Source of the DNA: the human T2T-CHM13v2.0 reference genome, Homo sapiens
Assembly (NCBI RefSeq): GCF_009914755.1
Contig: NC_060928.1
Direction: 5' to 3' (one strand)
DNA length: 64,000 nt
Part shown: positions 27,030 to 41,399 of the stretch, piece by piece
How positions within the stretch are numbered: the first letter of the stretch is position 1
Layout: each line of letters begins with the position of its first letter
Program-made: the position numbers and the translations under genes
The notes under the pieces: model-generated
What the model was told of the DNA's origin: nothing
The model's database searches: none
The model's input: only the letters and a program-made list of their open reading frames with translations

Positions 27030-27215
27030 ATGGTGATAATAATCACAGCCATCACTGACATTGCTCTTGCTGGTACCAGGCACTATTCTTAAGTATCACT
27101 GGAACTTATTATTTTACAAATGAAGAGCCAGGCCCAAAGTCACTTAGATAATTAGTAGTAGAGTCAAGATTGGAATCCTGGCCATCTGGCTCCAGAGTCC
27201 AAGCTTTCTCCCACT
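27030..27215 (-). mobile_element. MIR
   Basis: ccaggcactattctt...ttttacaaatgaag...cccaaagtcac...tctggctccagagtcc. Confidence 0.65.
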
Positions 27216-28066
27216 ATGGCACCAGTATGTGTTTGGGGTACAGCAAGTGAAGAGGAGGCACTCCCTTAGATGAGGTGAGAGAAAGTCTGTCAGAGGAAGT
27301 GACAGCTGACACGAGATCTAAACAAATGAGAAATGTAGCCCTTGTTTCTAGCAGTAACTACTGAGTAAGAATAGTTGTCTATGAGGCCACTCCAACTTCA
27401 GGCCTTCTGCACATTACCTTTTATCATCTATAGCAGAGGAGCAAGTTGCTAAATAACTTTTTTGGTGTTGAAAAACTGAGTGGGCGATATTTCAAACAAA
27501 TGACTAGGAATCAAAATAAAATGAGAAACTTAATAAAAATTTATAGTTCACCGTAAGCCTACAATACACAATTATGTTTGGGAAGCATCCAAAATTCCAT
27601 ATTCAGCACTTATTTCATTCATATTTTTTGCTTGCTTAAGAATCACGTCATCCAAACTTGAATGAATGAGTCAGCTCCAAATTAATAGGGTTAAAAATCT
27701 TTCCTTCTATTTTACAGAAAACTAGTGTTTTTGAACAAAGAAGCAGATTAAAAATCTGTTTTTTTAAAACTGTATTCAGTCCTTAAAAAATATACCCTTT
27801 TATACATATCATGGCATGGTGTCTTCAAGAACTGCTTTTAACCTTTACTATTTTCCAGCTTACACAAGTGAAGAAAGGGCCTGTCTAAATTGAATAGAAC
27901 CCATAACCTCTAAGGCTCAACCAAAGAGAGGTCTGAAAGAATCTCCGGAGGGGAAGGGTGAATGTGATCAAAGCAAGAGAACCCTTACCCTTATCTTAAG
28001 AGCTCAACAAGGACTCCAAGGCAAAGAATCCAGGGCCATTTATATAGCCATTCTTTCCCCTACTCA

Positions 28067-28455
<389 letters not shown>

Positions 28456-31184
28456 GGAGATTTGTTTGCAAGTCACTGTACCACCATCGCTATTTTATCA
28501 CCTTACTCCAGTGCACGTGGAGATCACAGTCCACAGTCACATGATGTTGAGGAAGAAAAGGATAGTTGAGGACAGCAAGAGAGGGCAAACTATTCCGGTA
28601 GCATTTCTCACCACCTCAATCCTCTCTTTACCCACCTCCAGTGCTCAGCTCCTTACAGTTTACCTTCCCTCCTAATTCCACAGCTCCACATCTGAACCTC
28701 TGACCCAGAGATTCTACTACAGGTCCACAATCCTACCCCAAGGCCCATCCTGTGCAGACTTTCTGCCCTAGGAGAGTTCCTTGGGCATATCCATTACCTA
28801 AGTCGGCCAGCAGGAGTCGAGGGGGAGTTTCAGCTTCTCTCATTACACATGGTAGTTAGGTTCTTTTATTTGATTATTACCATGCTCTGGTACCCTCTGC
28901 GTGATAGTCTAATCTGAGCTCCAAACCACTATGCATAAGACATAGTGGTGTCAGACCCTTGGAGATACATCATCTCATTCAATCTTCTCCAAACTTCTAG
29001 GAGATAACAGTTTTTGGCAGGACTGTACAAAAAAAGCAAAATACCTAACACTGATGGAGACTTAAATGTCTATTTATAAGATATAAGAGAATTATTTACC
29101 AATTTTTGTGATGCAGCCTGTTTTTATACTGGGATTGTCTGGCCCCTGAAGTGGGGCAAATATGAATAGGTTTACAGAGCTAGAGAAAGACCATTACTTA
29201 AGAAAAAGCCCCAGTTTTTATTCCTATAGTTTGCTTTACCACAGCTAAGAATGCCCTGTAAGACAATCGACATTACTGAAATAGTTGAATTTCAGTAGGT
29301 TGCAATTGAAGTCTGCCTCCACTTTATTCCCCTAAGGGCTAAACTAGGTGTCACTAATCCCTAGATGCTCTGCTCCCTACCAGGAAGTTCAATCTGATGG
29401 CTTGACATCAAAGAAATGTTCATAGGCTCCTAAAGATAGACAGCTTGTTTACCACATCTCAAATGGCAAGATTCTGGTTCAAGTGAGGAAAATGCTCATT
29501 TGAAAGAAAAGAAGCAGAATGAAAATACTTTCTACTTGGGCAGAAGTTTATCTTTCCAACTTAAGTCAGAGTAAATAATCCTGATGAGTCAAGTGACTTG
29601 AAGTGACTCTGGATTTGCCATGGGTGGATCTTTTATGCCTATCTGCACAATTCTATACTCGCCCAATAACAAAAATATAGTAATCCCTTTTCATGCATCA
29701 CAAACCAAGTATCAGCATGTAATATTGATAATACCTAAAAAGTAAAGACAGGCTTTCATTACTAATCCTGTGCTTACCCATGCTCTTCAGTGTAACTATT
29801 CAAATGCTTGGAAGTGCTTGTAGTTTTCCATTACCCACAGTTAGAATATATACATAATGTACAGGAAGGACTGCCTGTGAGTTAAGGGTTGTTTGGTTTT
29901 TTTCTGTTGTTTGCTTTCAAAGGAGGAAAAAAATATTTCAATAAACAGGAACATCTGAAGAGTATGGATAAAATTCAAGACTCATACATGGTTTGAATTA
30001 CTTTCCCATGGATATACAGTAGTCAAATTGATTTTTTATGAAAACGTTGGCAATCTCACTCTCTATGGAGGAAATTGAGTGCTGGCTACAATGATACAGT
30101 TTGTCATTTTAGTTTTCAAGATCATGCCAAAACAAATGCCTCAGATAAAAAGACTGCAAAATAAGTGACAGTGGTTTTTCAGTTTTACATGCTTAAGATC
30201 CGTGCTTTGATATTTTAAACAACCGGATTACTTTCAATTCCCCAAATAATCTTGTGCTCTGTCTTACTTTTTGGCTTTTGAACATGCTGGTCTCCCTGTC
30301 TGGATGTCCTGCCATAAAATATACCTTTTCCATGTCTCTTAGTTAACCCTTATTTATCCATCACACAGATATCTACTAAGACCTCACTTCTTACCAGAAG
30401 CCTTCCATGGCCTCAACTAACCTTGAATGGTTGTCTGGGCCACGCTTCCTTCTTTGAAAATGCCTTCGATTTTATTTTCAGCAAGAAATTCTTATTCCCA
30501 AAGGACATTTAGTTTATGATATATGATGTAATGAAAATCTACTATGAATTGTAACTCCTTTATGTTCAGCTTGTATTATTCTTTAAAGTAATACAACTAT
30601 GTGACTACACATGCTCTCTAAAAAGACTTTACTATGTCAAGCTTGGCCACAAGCTTTCCAAGCAAAGCTGATTTAAAAAGGGAAAGGGGGCTAAGTAGTT
30701 GCTGGGATGGGATGGAGGAAGATTCATTGACTTATTTAACAAATATTTATTGAAGCCCTACTTTGCATATCACTATTCTGGTTCTGCTGATGCAGCAAGT
30801 AACCAAAGAAGTAAGTAAAAAATAAACAAATAAACTTTTCTCCATCTTACTTAAGAACTTTATCAACTTTCTACTCCCACCAAAGCCAGCAAATGGAATA
30901 AACAGGAAATAGTGTAGGTGACTGACAATAAGCATACAGTGACATTTAACAAGACACAGGAATGCTTTTAGCAGGGAGAAAAAGTAAAGAGTTTCAAGTA
31001 TCTCACTGTCTTCAATAATTGTTGGATAGGATGGAGGAATTCTTCCTGATCTGTCCAGTGATCTGTAACAGGGCATTCCTGGTGCTTTTTGTTGTGAGGA
31101 CTTCTTAATACTCAAATTGCATAATTAAGATTTATTTAGTAAGCTGAATATTAACACAGTTCAAGTTTCTACAGATTAATTTAC

Positions 31185-31280
31185 CTCAACATATGAAATT
31201 GGAAATATTCCTATTTTGTCTGCCAGCATTCCTTCAGCCCAGTTTTCATCCACTCTTCGGATCACAGTCAGAACATCATC
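31185..31280 (-). CDS. SH3RF1: SH3RF1 internal coding exon (probably exon 4): rest of SH3 domain 2
   Basis: 96 bp: [32 protein letters not shown]. Acceptor ttcttcag|GAT, donor GAG|gtaaat. In frame with the flanking exons. Too short for the ORF track. Confidence 0.96.
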
Positions 31281-32109
31281 CTGAAGAAACAGCAAATCAT
31301 TAATCTACCTGATCATTAAGCTGTACCATTAAGCTTGTCATTTAATTTTCCTTTTCAATAAAGAGACTCATGTTTTAAAGAGTACATGAATAAAAATGCT
31401 ATGACATATCTTTAGTACATGGATTAAATGTTTTCATGAATTAAACGGTAGCTACCAGCCCACCTGGTGTCCTTTCCAACTGTTACAAAGCTATGAACTC
31501 CTATGCAAGGGAGCTGGCTGCTAACTCTTAAGATCTACAAATTGCAACCTCAAATGATACCTACCCTAGCCTCCTGAGTTTCTGTTTTAGATTGATTCTC
31601 AGATGCTCCTCATTTTCTGAAAATAAACCAAATGCCTACTCAAATGTACATCCTACCGCTTTTCTCCACAAAAATCACAAAATTCTGCTTAAAACTCCAA
31701 ACCATTTTATCAATTCGGCAGATATATTCCTGTATGCTTTTAGGCAAAGAATTTTACATATAAAATATGAAAGTAATGACATTTCATTTTGTTATTCATA
31801 ATTCAGTACTTTAAAATCCCTGAGTGGTGCATACACCCTTTAAAGTGGCTTAGAAATAAATTCAGACTCTAAATATGAAAATGATACCACATAGAGCATC
31901 AACCAAGATAATCTTTCATATAAGAAGTCTGTGCATAAAATTACCTTCCTTGTGACTTAAAGACTGCTTCTAGGCATTTTCAGAAGCGTAGTGAGTAGTT
32001 CACACAAAACTTGTATTTTTTTTGCAAAAGGCAACACGAGCTATATTTCTATGTATCTGGGTACAGAGGTAGAGCTGGCAAACAGAAAACAAGCGCATTC
32101 TACCTTTAC

Positions 32110-32385
32110 CTTTGCAAATGGAAGGCAATCTTTGTCTGCTTCCTTGTCTTTCACTTCAAAGTCATAAAGTGCTTTGCACTGAGGTGGGGGCTGAGGTAAC
32201 GGTTTAATAATCTGCACAAAGTTGGTGGGGAAAAAGCCATGGATTCCATTGACTTCCCCATGGTACCAATTTTCATCCACTTGTCTTCGCAAAATGATGA
32301 TGTCACCTTTGCTGAATTTAAGGTCTCCAGGCTCTTTTCCTTCGTAGTTGTATAATGCTTTGGCACATGGTAACTGAGGTATACC
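32110..32385 (-). CDS. SH3RF1: SH3RF1 (POSH E3 ligase / JNK scaffold) internal coding exon (probably exon 3): SH3 domain 1 and the first part of SH3 domain 2
   Basis: 276 bp, 92 codons: [92 protein letters not shown]. Contains SH3 ALYxY/WY/GxFP motifs. Acceptor poly-T...taaag|GGT, donor AAG|gtaaag. Matches the recalled POSH sequence. Confidence 0.97.
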
Positions 32386-33357
32386 CTTTAAAAAAAAAAG
32401 AGGGATGAATTTTAATAAAATAATGGTCTTAAAATGTCTCTGAAAATACAACTGCGTTGTCATTGTTTTAAAGTCAAAGTCAAATCCACACTGTAACCCT
32501 TGAAGAAAATCTCACACAAAAACAATATATATGTGTTACCAATAAATAGAAAACACAAAACAATTGTCCATAGTGACATAAGAACAGTACGACACCCATG
32601 CACCAGCCATGATTTAGGCTTCTATTCTTAAGTTTAACTTGGTGGGTGTTTTGCCTTCTTTCTTTGAGGTTATCAGTATATGAAAGCATGACTGCCAGGT
32701 CTGCCTCTCAAGAACTCATAAAAAACAAGCTTAACTTCCTACATTAACTACTTTATTTATCAGGATAAATGATAAACACTGAGGAGAAATGATAGATACT
32801 GAGGGGAAAAATTTAAACCAAATTTATTAATTTACTAAACTGCTTTTAAGCTTGGTTGATAAAAATCAGAGTTCGGCTTTTAGGCAAATCTCTTCCTGAT
32901 ATTGCTTTTAATGTGGGCAGTAGGTCTTACTCTTTCATGAGCTCAATGAGTATTTAATGAGGGTCTACTCCTGGATACAGCAGTGAGTGAACAGTCACAG
33001 TACCTGCCATCCCCAAGTTTATAATCTGTAAGTGTATAGACACGTGGTCTTTTACAGCCTAAGATCATTCAACTTTGCTCTTTCCTGGAAGAGAGCACAT
33101 TGTTAGGCTGATAAGCTAAGAGATGAGGAATTTAATGTTCCTGCATTGCATTACTGTTTTAAATGACAAGTTTAAAATTGTGTACATAAACCCCAGTGCA
33201 ATTTAATCATCAACTGATTAATATGATACTTTTCAACGGCATTGGGGGTGCCCAATCTTGAGCATCAGTTGTCACTTTAAGATCTTTGGCCTCTCTGAGC
33301 GCTGTTGCATATCGTTGATTCAGGAGATAAGTGGCAAATCCAACATGTCTATAATAA

Positions 33358-34330
<973 letters not shown>

Positions 34331-35082
34331 GGCAGGCAGAGAGCTATGTGCAAAGCACAGGCCTCAACTAGTTGAATATTTTTTAAGTTTAATATTTCCA
34401 ATGAAGTAGAGCAATATAGTTAGCATTACTTATATCATTGTCTGCCCCCCGACCTGTAAAAAGTGGATCAAAGTTTTATACCCTTGATGGCAACAGAACT
34501 TCATAACACAATTTTCAAAAATTAGTTTGGTTTCTACTTAGAGACTTAGAGTCTGGACTACCTATAAGCCAAATTTGTTTTGCTAAACATTTGTTTAGGA
34601 ATATTAATTATTGCTCTCAAAATGCTATTGGCAATCATCTTGCCTTGGCTTAGTCCATGTGATGTTGTAGTTGGTTAATTAGAACTTCCCTGAGAGGCCA
34701 ATGTCCTGGGAAGACAGGGGTTGAGCCTTCCAGAGTAATGACACCCTCCTGTGACCTCTGACTTTCAGACTCTGTCTTAAGATCTGGCCTCCAATGGCGT
34801 CACTTCTGCTACTCTGCCTTGACCTAATCTTGTAAGCAATTCTGCTGTGCCCAGAAAGGAAATGCCCACCAAGAACTCTGGTCATTCACAACGCTGTGTA
34901 CTCTGGTCACATTACATTAGTGTCCAACTCTGGGGAAAGAAGAATTCTAATTTTTCTCTACCCTCACAGATGCCTCATTATATTCTCCACTATATTATGT
35001 ATTTCTTCAAGGCTAGTTATCACAGCTTAACAACATTTCCAAAAATAGGTTTGAGGAAATAATAGTAAAACACAGCAATCGA

Positions 35083-35118
35083 CAGAGAGAGAGAGATAGA
35101 GAGAGAGAAAGAGAGAGA
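35083..35118. repeat. Imperfect (GA)n microsatellite
   Basis: cagagagagagagatagagagagagaaagagagag. Confidence 0.85.
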
Positions 35119-35169
35119 ACTGGCAAGTACTATACTAAATCTCTTGTACAATAGCTAAAGAGACTCTGA

Positions 35170-35400
35170 TCAGGCAGTATAGGGTACTGGCTGGAAGCAC
35201 AAACTCCAGAGCCAGATTGCAGGGTGTGAATCCCATTTACTAGCTCTGTGATTTGGGGCAGGTTAACTCGCTGTGCCTCTTTCTTCATTTGGGCTGTTGT
35301 GAGGATTTAGTGAATTCATATATATAAGCCACACCTTAAATGACCCAGCAGGCAGTACATGCTACATGTGTGAACCATCATCATTGTCATCATCGTCATC
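35170..35400 (+). mobile_element. MIR
   Basis: ctccagagccagattgc...tttactagctctgtgatttggggcaggttaac...gctgttgtgaggatt. Confidence 0.7.
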
Positions 35401-37605
35401 ATTACCCAGTGTAAAAAGCCTCTTTACCAGTGAAATGGGGCACCTGACAATGCATTTGTCTCTCCACAGCTGGATGCTTTCCCTTTTAGATGAATTCACA
35501 TAGCAATTACATTTTTAATACATATTCACTGTATAACAATGCAAAGAATGTTCCTCCTAGGAAGTGTTCAGGATTTTGAAATGTGCATTTCTGAAGCACA
35601 CATTTGTTTTCTGAGTAGAATCCATTCATCTTCTGGTTGAACAGAAGAAATTACAAATTCACTGACATGCACCGTTTAATAGGGGATGGCATTTTAGATG
35701 TGGCTGTAGTTCATCTTGACAGGGCTAATGTAAGGCATTGGAAGCCTGCATGAATTAATTGAAAATCCCATTACAAACTCGGTGACAAATAACTCTATTC
35801 ACCATTATGGCCTGTTTTTTTCCCTACCTCAATTAGCTCTGTTTGGCCCACTCTGTCCAAATCCATGCCAGCCAAACCCATGCACCAAGATACAGATTTA
35901 GCACTCTTAGAAACCATTCTGAACTGCTCCTTGAAGAGATCTGTAAAATTCCAAACGACCCACAATATGGTTTTTTGTGATATGCTGATGTGGGAACTGA
36001 AGGAATTTATTTCTTTACAGATCACTTCCACACACCAGTGGCCTAATGGACTTATTAACTTTTCCACAAAACAAATCTATTACATGTTCCTAAAATCATC
36101 AAGGATTCTAAATAGACCAGTGGCAAGGAGAAAGCTTACTATGATAACAGTGATATACATTATGGTTAGCCTAGGGTTACATTTCCGTGATGCAACTGAA
36201 AATTCATTAATTCATCCCAACTTGCTAAGTCTTGACTGCTAAAATTGTTTCAATGATCAATAACCACAAAGAATCATAAAGCTTATGACAATCTAACCCA
36301 TGAACAAACATTTGTGCATCTGGCTGTGTTTTTCTATGGTATTCTTTTTCAATTAAATTCTATGAGGCTAGAAAGCCAGTTTGGGTCAAGTTTCTAAAAA
36401 GAAGGCTTCCCACATTAAATAAAATGAATTCTACTCTGATTTTAAATCAAGCAAAGTTCAGTGATCTTTGAAAGACTTATTCCCACACAGACTGCAGATG
36501 ATTAAGGATAAACGGTTAAACGACTTAGAAAAGCAATAAAAGAACACATTTTCCTTTTGCAACATCTGAAAGATAAAGCCAAAACAATTGGTTTGATAGC
36601 CTAGGACTACTCTGTGGATAAAATATGTCTGGAGCCCATGGAGGCACTGCCCTCTCATTCATCTCCTTCGAAAGGTCTGAGAGTCATGTCATCACTGGGC
36701 CCTCTGCCCTCCAAGCCTTCTGCAGGCTTTCCAAACTGCTGCTTTTCTTCTGTATCCTCTCATCAGGCCAAGGCCCCCAAGGATCCACAGAGCTTACATT
36801 TCACTTGGAGACTTTCACTTGGCTACACATGAAAGGGACGCTTAAAAGGAGAGAAAGCCAAAGAGAAACCGACTCTGCAGTCTAACCTTGGGTTTGCGGC
36901 TTGTCATTCACACTGCCAGCTTTATCAAAAAGCTTGGCAATTTAGACAGGCAAACTGTTACAGTAATTCTGCATCTAAAAACATTTTGATAAACATCTAC
37001 TATATTGTTCATTTAAAAAAATAAGTATGATAGTGGGCCAGCTTTACATTTCAAATAATTTTTGTTTCCAAATCATACATACAGGTTGTCTTTTAAGATA
37101 TTAAAATCCTCATGTGATCTGCCTATAAATATTTTTGATTAAATGCTTTCGACTTCCATTTCCATACCATCAGCGGTATTCCAATACATCTGGCAAAATG
37201 CTACTTGATGAACTAGCTGAGATTCTAACAGGTAAATAAAACATTCACTGCCAATTTATTTTATAGACTCTAAATGCCAATGCCCAGATGTACGTGCAAG
37301 ACAGCCTCTCTAAATTCAAATTCCTTCATGCATTTCTTACTGCTCCATAAAGTAAAAAAGATTCAGTGACCTCCTAAAAAGAAAATCTAGAAGACACTCT
37401 TGTAGTGGGAACAGCTATAAAATGTGTATAATTTAATAACTCAGTTATATCTAAATTGGCATCAATGCTGGCTGATTTTAACTTGACTTTCAGAAACTTT
37501 CCAGAAAGAACTGAGGCACAAAGAAATCATAGTAATAGAAAGTACCACACAGAGTAAGAAGTAGAAAAATGGGTGGAAGAAACAATTTTTTAAAAATGTC
37601 TTTTG

Positions 37606-37888
37606 GGTCAGGCACGGTAGCCCACACCTGTAATCCCAGCACTTTGGGAGGCTGAGACAGGCGGATCACTTAAGTCTAGGGAGTTCAAGACCAGCCTGGA
37701 TGACATGGCAAAACTCATCTCTATAAAAAGTACAAAAATTAGCACGGTGGTGGTGCGCCTACAGTCCCAACTACTTGCGAGGCTGAGGCAGTAGGCAGAG
37801 GTTGCAGTGAGCCAAGATGGCGCCACTGCACTCCAGCCTGGGCAATAGAGTGAGACTCCGTCTCAGAAAAAAAAGTAAAAAAAAATAG
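37606..37888 (+). mobile_element. Alu (J/S) with a small right-arm deletion
   Basis: TSD aatgtcttttg at 37595-37605 and 37889-37899. Confidence 0.9.
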
Positions 37889-39299
37889 AATGTCTTTTGT
37901 ACAACAAAAAACATGTTGGCTTTTCCCTACAAAGTAAAATATCTGTCAAGATATAATAACAGTATTTCATGAAAATATTGATTCTTTAACAGTTAATAAC
38001 TCCTAAGTATTGTTCTCAAGATATCTACATCAGATAATCACTCAAATATGATTTGGCCATCACTACTAATGTTTCAACTTCAATGACGGCCAAGACGAAT
38101 ATTAAAAGTTTTATTTTTCCAAAGTAACATCAGAAGGGACTGAGAATCCCATAATTCCACAATAGTCCATCTTTCATTTGTTATTTCCTTTAACATTTAT
38201 TTCTGGAAAGCACTGTGCTGGGGAATTTTTATCTGACAATCATTTTCTTAATCTTCTACCTCCCACCTACCCCAAATTCACTACATAAAATTTTCTAATC
38301 ATACTAACTTTAATCAAATCTACCAGCACTTTGAGGATGGCAGCTGCAAATAAACAGAAATTAAGACAAAACGTTGTTTCTTCATTCACATGTCTTCTTT
38401 TTGCCTTTATTCTACTATCCCAGTGTCCCCTTTTCTTGCATGCTCATTTTCTCCAGCTTTCTCCAGAAGTAGACTCTGCAGCCAGCCAGCCCCCCTCCTT
38501 ATTCCAGACCTGGTTCCAGTTCCATACCAGCTCAAGAATGTGGGCTGACCAAGGCCAGCCTTTGGGCTTTTTTAGCGCTTGGTGGCTCCTCAGCACACAC
38601 TCTGTGCTGTCTGCTGCCCTGCTCACGCTCATCTGTGGGCTCCACACCCTCCATCCTCTCCTTACCCAGCTCCTGCAATCCAATCCACCATCGCTAATGG
38701 AGTGTCTAACTCAGCTCTTGACCAAACAGCAATCAGTCAATTATAGTCTCCAGCAGCCTTGCTGTTTTGCGGGGGGCATTAATGGTTTCGGGGGCAAGGT
38801 AGAGGGAGAGAAAAAAAAAAACAAACTAGAGATAAAGGAAAGTAGATAAAGTAGCTTTCTTACCAATTTCCCTGGGCTGTACTCTCATCATTAATCATTT
38901 GCATAATGAATTTAGCTGAAGTCAAGAGTATATTCAAACACCCAGAAAAAAAAAAAAATGAACAACAGTTTTCCAAATTTCAAAACGAAAAAATGCTATT
39001 AGACTCTTCATTAAATGTTTTTTTCTAGAAACTAAAATACAGAAAACAAACTGAAATACATTTGTCCCACCTCCTGGATTTTTCTCTCCTACAAGTACAG
39101 GAGAACCTGAGGCAGCACTCAGGAGCATGTTTAAAAGGCAATGTTGCAGGAAAAGTGGGCTAAGGGGCATTGCTTAGTAAATACCTATATTTAGGAGGCA
39201 GAAAAAAGAGAGATACAGGAAACTAGAGAGGTAGGACGAAAACCAGCAAACTATAACCACAGTAACAAGGATAATTCCTGAAACACGGTTTTGTCCACA

Positions 39300-39985
39300 T
39301 CACCTATGTCTTTACAATCTGGAGACAGTTCCCAATTACCTCTTAAATCACATTAATGGTCTAAATCATGAGTTTTATGGCCCTCCATTTGGATTGTCTG
39401 TTCCACCTCATATTTTCCACCCTCAGCAAGCAAACCAGTCTGCTGTCATCACCTCCAACTTCATACATGCCATCTCTCCTCCACCAAAATTCATCGAGAA
39501 CAGTCCATTTCTCCCTCCACCTCCCCACCTTGTATATGTATCACGTGCCTGATAATTATGCTGCATTTCTTTCACTTGGATTTTTATGTCTGTCTAGGAT
39601 GACTGCTTTTGTTGTTTGGAATCAGGTGTAAATAAGGCCAAGATCAATGATCTGATTCTTGTGTGGGTCAATAGGACAGTCTCTATTTCCCAGATGTGAC
39701 AGCCACTACTTGTCCATCAGGACCCAGCCCAGGCATTGCCTCCTTGGGGAAGCTTCTCCCAACCTTCCTCTACCCAAGTCTAGAGAAGGTGCTGCTCTTT
39801 TTATGTACACCTAGAGTGCCTTATGAATACTGTTATCATGGCCCTTATCTTACTCAGTTTATAACCTATTTCTTCCTGCTAGACTGTAACCTCCTGGAGA
39901 CCTGGGACTATGTGTTATGCATCTTTGTATCATGAGTACCTACCTCAGTGTCTGTGAAAAACTTCTTGCTGAATAAATTAATGAA
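39300..39985 (+). mobile_element. L2 3' fragment
   Basis: ctagactgtaacctcctggag...gggactatgtg...gctgaataaattaatgaa. Confidence 0.55.
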
Positions 39986-41107
39986 AGAACAAAAGTTATC
40001 TCTAGTGGACTGAGTGGTAAGGTGTGGATAGGTTAAGTGGAAAAAGAACACATCTAAAGGAAAAGCAACTAAAAAGATGATTCTACTGACAGGCTCAACA
40101 GTTTTACACAAATTGCAAAATATATACAAACACATATTTATGTGTCTCTGGGAACTCCTCATGAATGGTAGACTGCTAATCCATCTTTTTGAAACTGTCC
40201 TCCCAAGTACACAGCAGGTGGTGGGCACTTGATTCTGAGACATGGGAGGTACAAAAATACTGAAGGAGACATTTTTATTACCATTTCCTAGGCTGCTGGG
40301 AAACCTGGGGCATGCTAAGGTGCTACAGAAAAACCTGGGGAAACATGAGCAGGCACTGCAAATTGGTATCAACTTCACTGTGTTCTAGACACTGGAACTA
40401 AAACATAGTCCGTTCTGGAAATGGGCAGTTGAGTGTCTTATACTAAGCAAATGGCTGGCATTTGAAAAATGTGAAACAAATTATGCAGCAAACTACAGCA
40501 AATAAATATTTTCCTTATAAACTCATTTGGTGGTTAGGAGGAAACAGTCATGCAGTTGATATGGCATTTCTCTTGGATGGCCTTAGTACCCAACTGACAG
40601 ATAAATCATTAAAGAAAACAAATTTTATGAATTTCTCCAAGTGAAGATAGCTATTGAGAATGCAGTCACTCAAGTAAAATGCAAGAAGTTTGTGTCACTC
40701 ATCGCCTTGAATATTAGTTTTCTGTTTCATCACATGTTTAATAATTACAATAGTATTTTGCAGAGAGCAGGAATATTTACTGGGAAGATTCTCTGCAGTA
40801 ACTTGAGTTACCATCTTGAAGACTCATCACAGGATGGGGACTATTTCCTGGGAAAAGGTCAAGTTTCTACCTATTTGAAAAACAGATTCCTGGCAAAGAA
40901 TCTGCCCTTCTCTTGCCACTGCCCTGCCCTAGGCCTCCAACCTGACCCTGGGGTGTAGAGCTAAATAGGGAGGAATGATCATGTACCAGGAATTCTGCTT
41001 GCATCTTATCTAATCCTACAGAAATCCAGGAAAGTAGGGAGATTCAGAAACACAAAGGGAGAGGGGTGTGTTGAGAACATGTTTTAGTATTAAAGAGGTT
41101 GGGTAAC

Positions 41108-41342
41108 AGCCACATGCAGTGGCTCATGCCTGCAAACCCAGCACTTTGGGAGGCTAAGGCAGGCAGATCAATTGAAGCCAGGGGTTCACAACTAGTCTGG
41201 GTGATCTGGTGAAACCCCATCTCTTAAAAAACTAAAAAAACAAAAAACTAGCAAGGTATGGTGGCACGTGCCTGTAGTCCAATATTGTGCCACTGCACTC
41301 CAGCCTAGGTGACAGAGCAAGACTCTGTCTCAGAGAAAAAAA
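41108..41342 (+). mobile_element. AluJ with an internal right-arm deletion
   Basis: gtggctcatgcctg...cctgtagtcc joined directly to attgtgccactgcactccagcc. Confidence 0.85.
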
Positions 41343-41399
41343 GGCGGGGGGGAGTCAGGTAAGGCCTCAGTGAAATTCAATTGCCTATTTTTAGTTTTG

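Noticed and set aside
32041-32463. 140-aa ORF as a standalone SH3 gene
   Set aside because: Only 32110-32385 is exon. The flanking residues are translated intron, including the polypyrimidine tract.
38331-38849. 172-aa plus-strand ORF
   Set aside because: Non-ATG start, low-complexity Leu/Ser/Gln composition from pyrimidine-rich DNA, and no recognisable domain.
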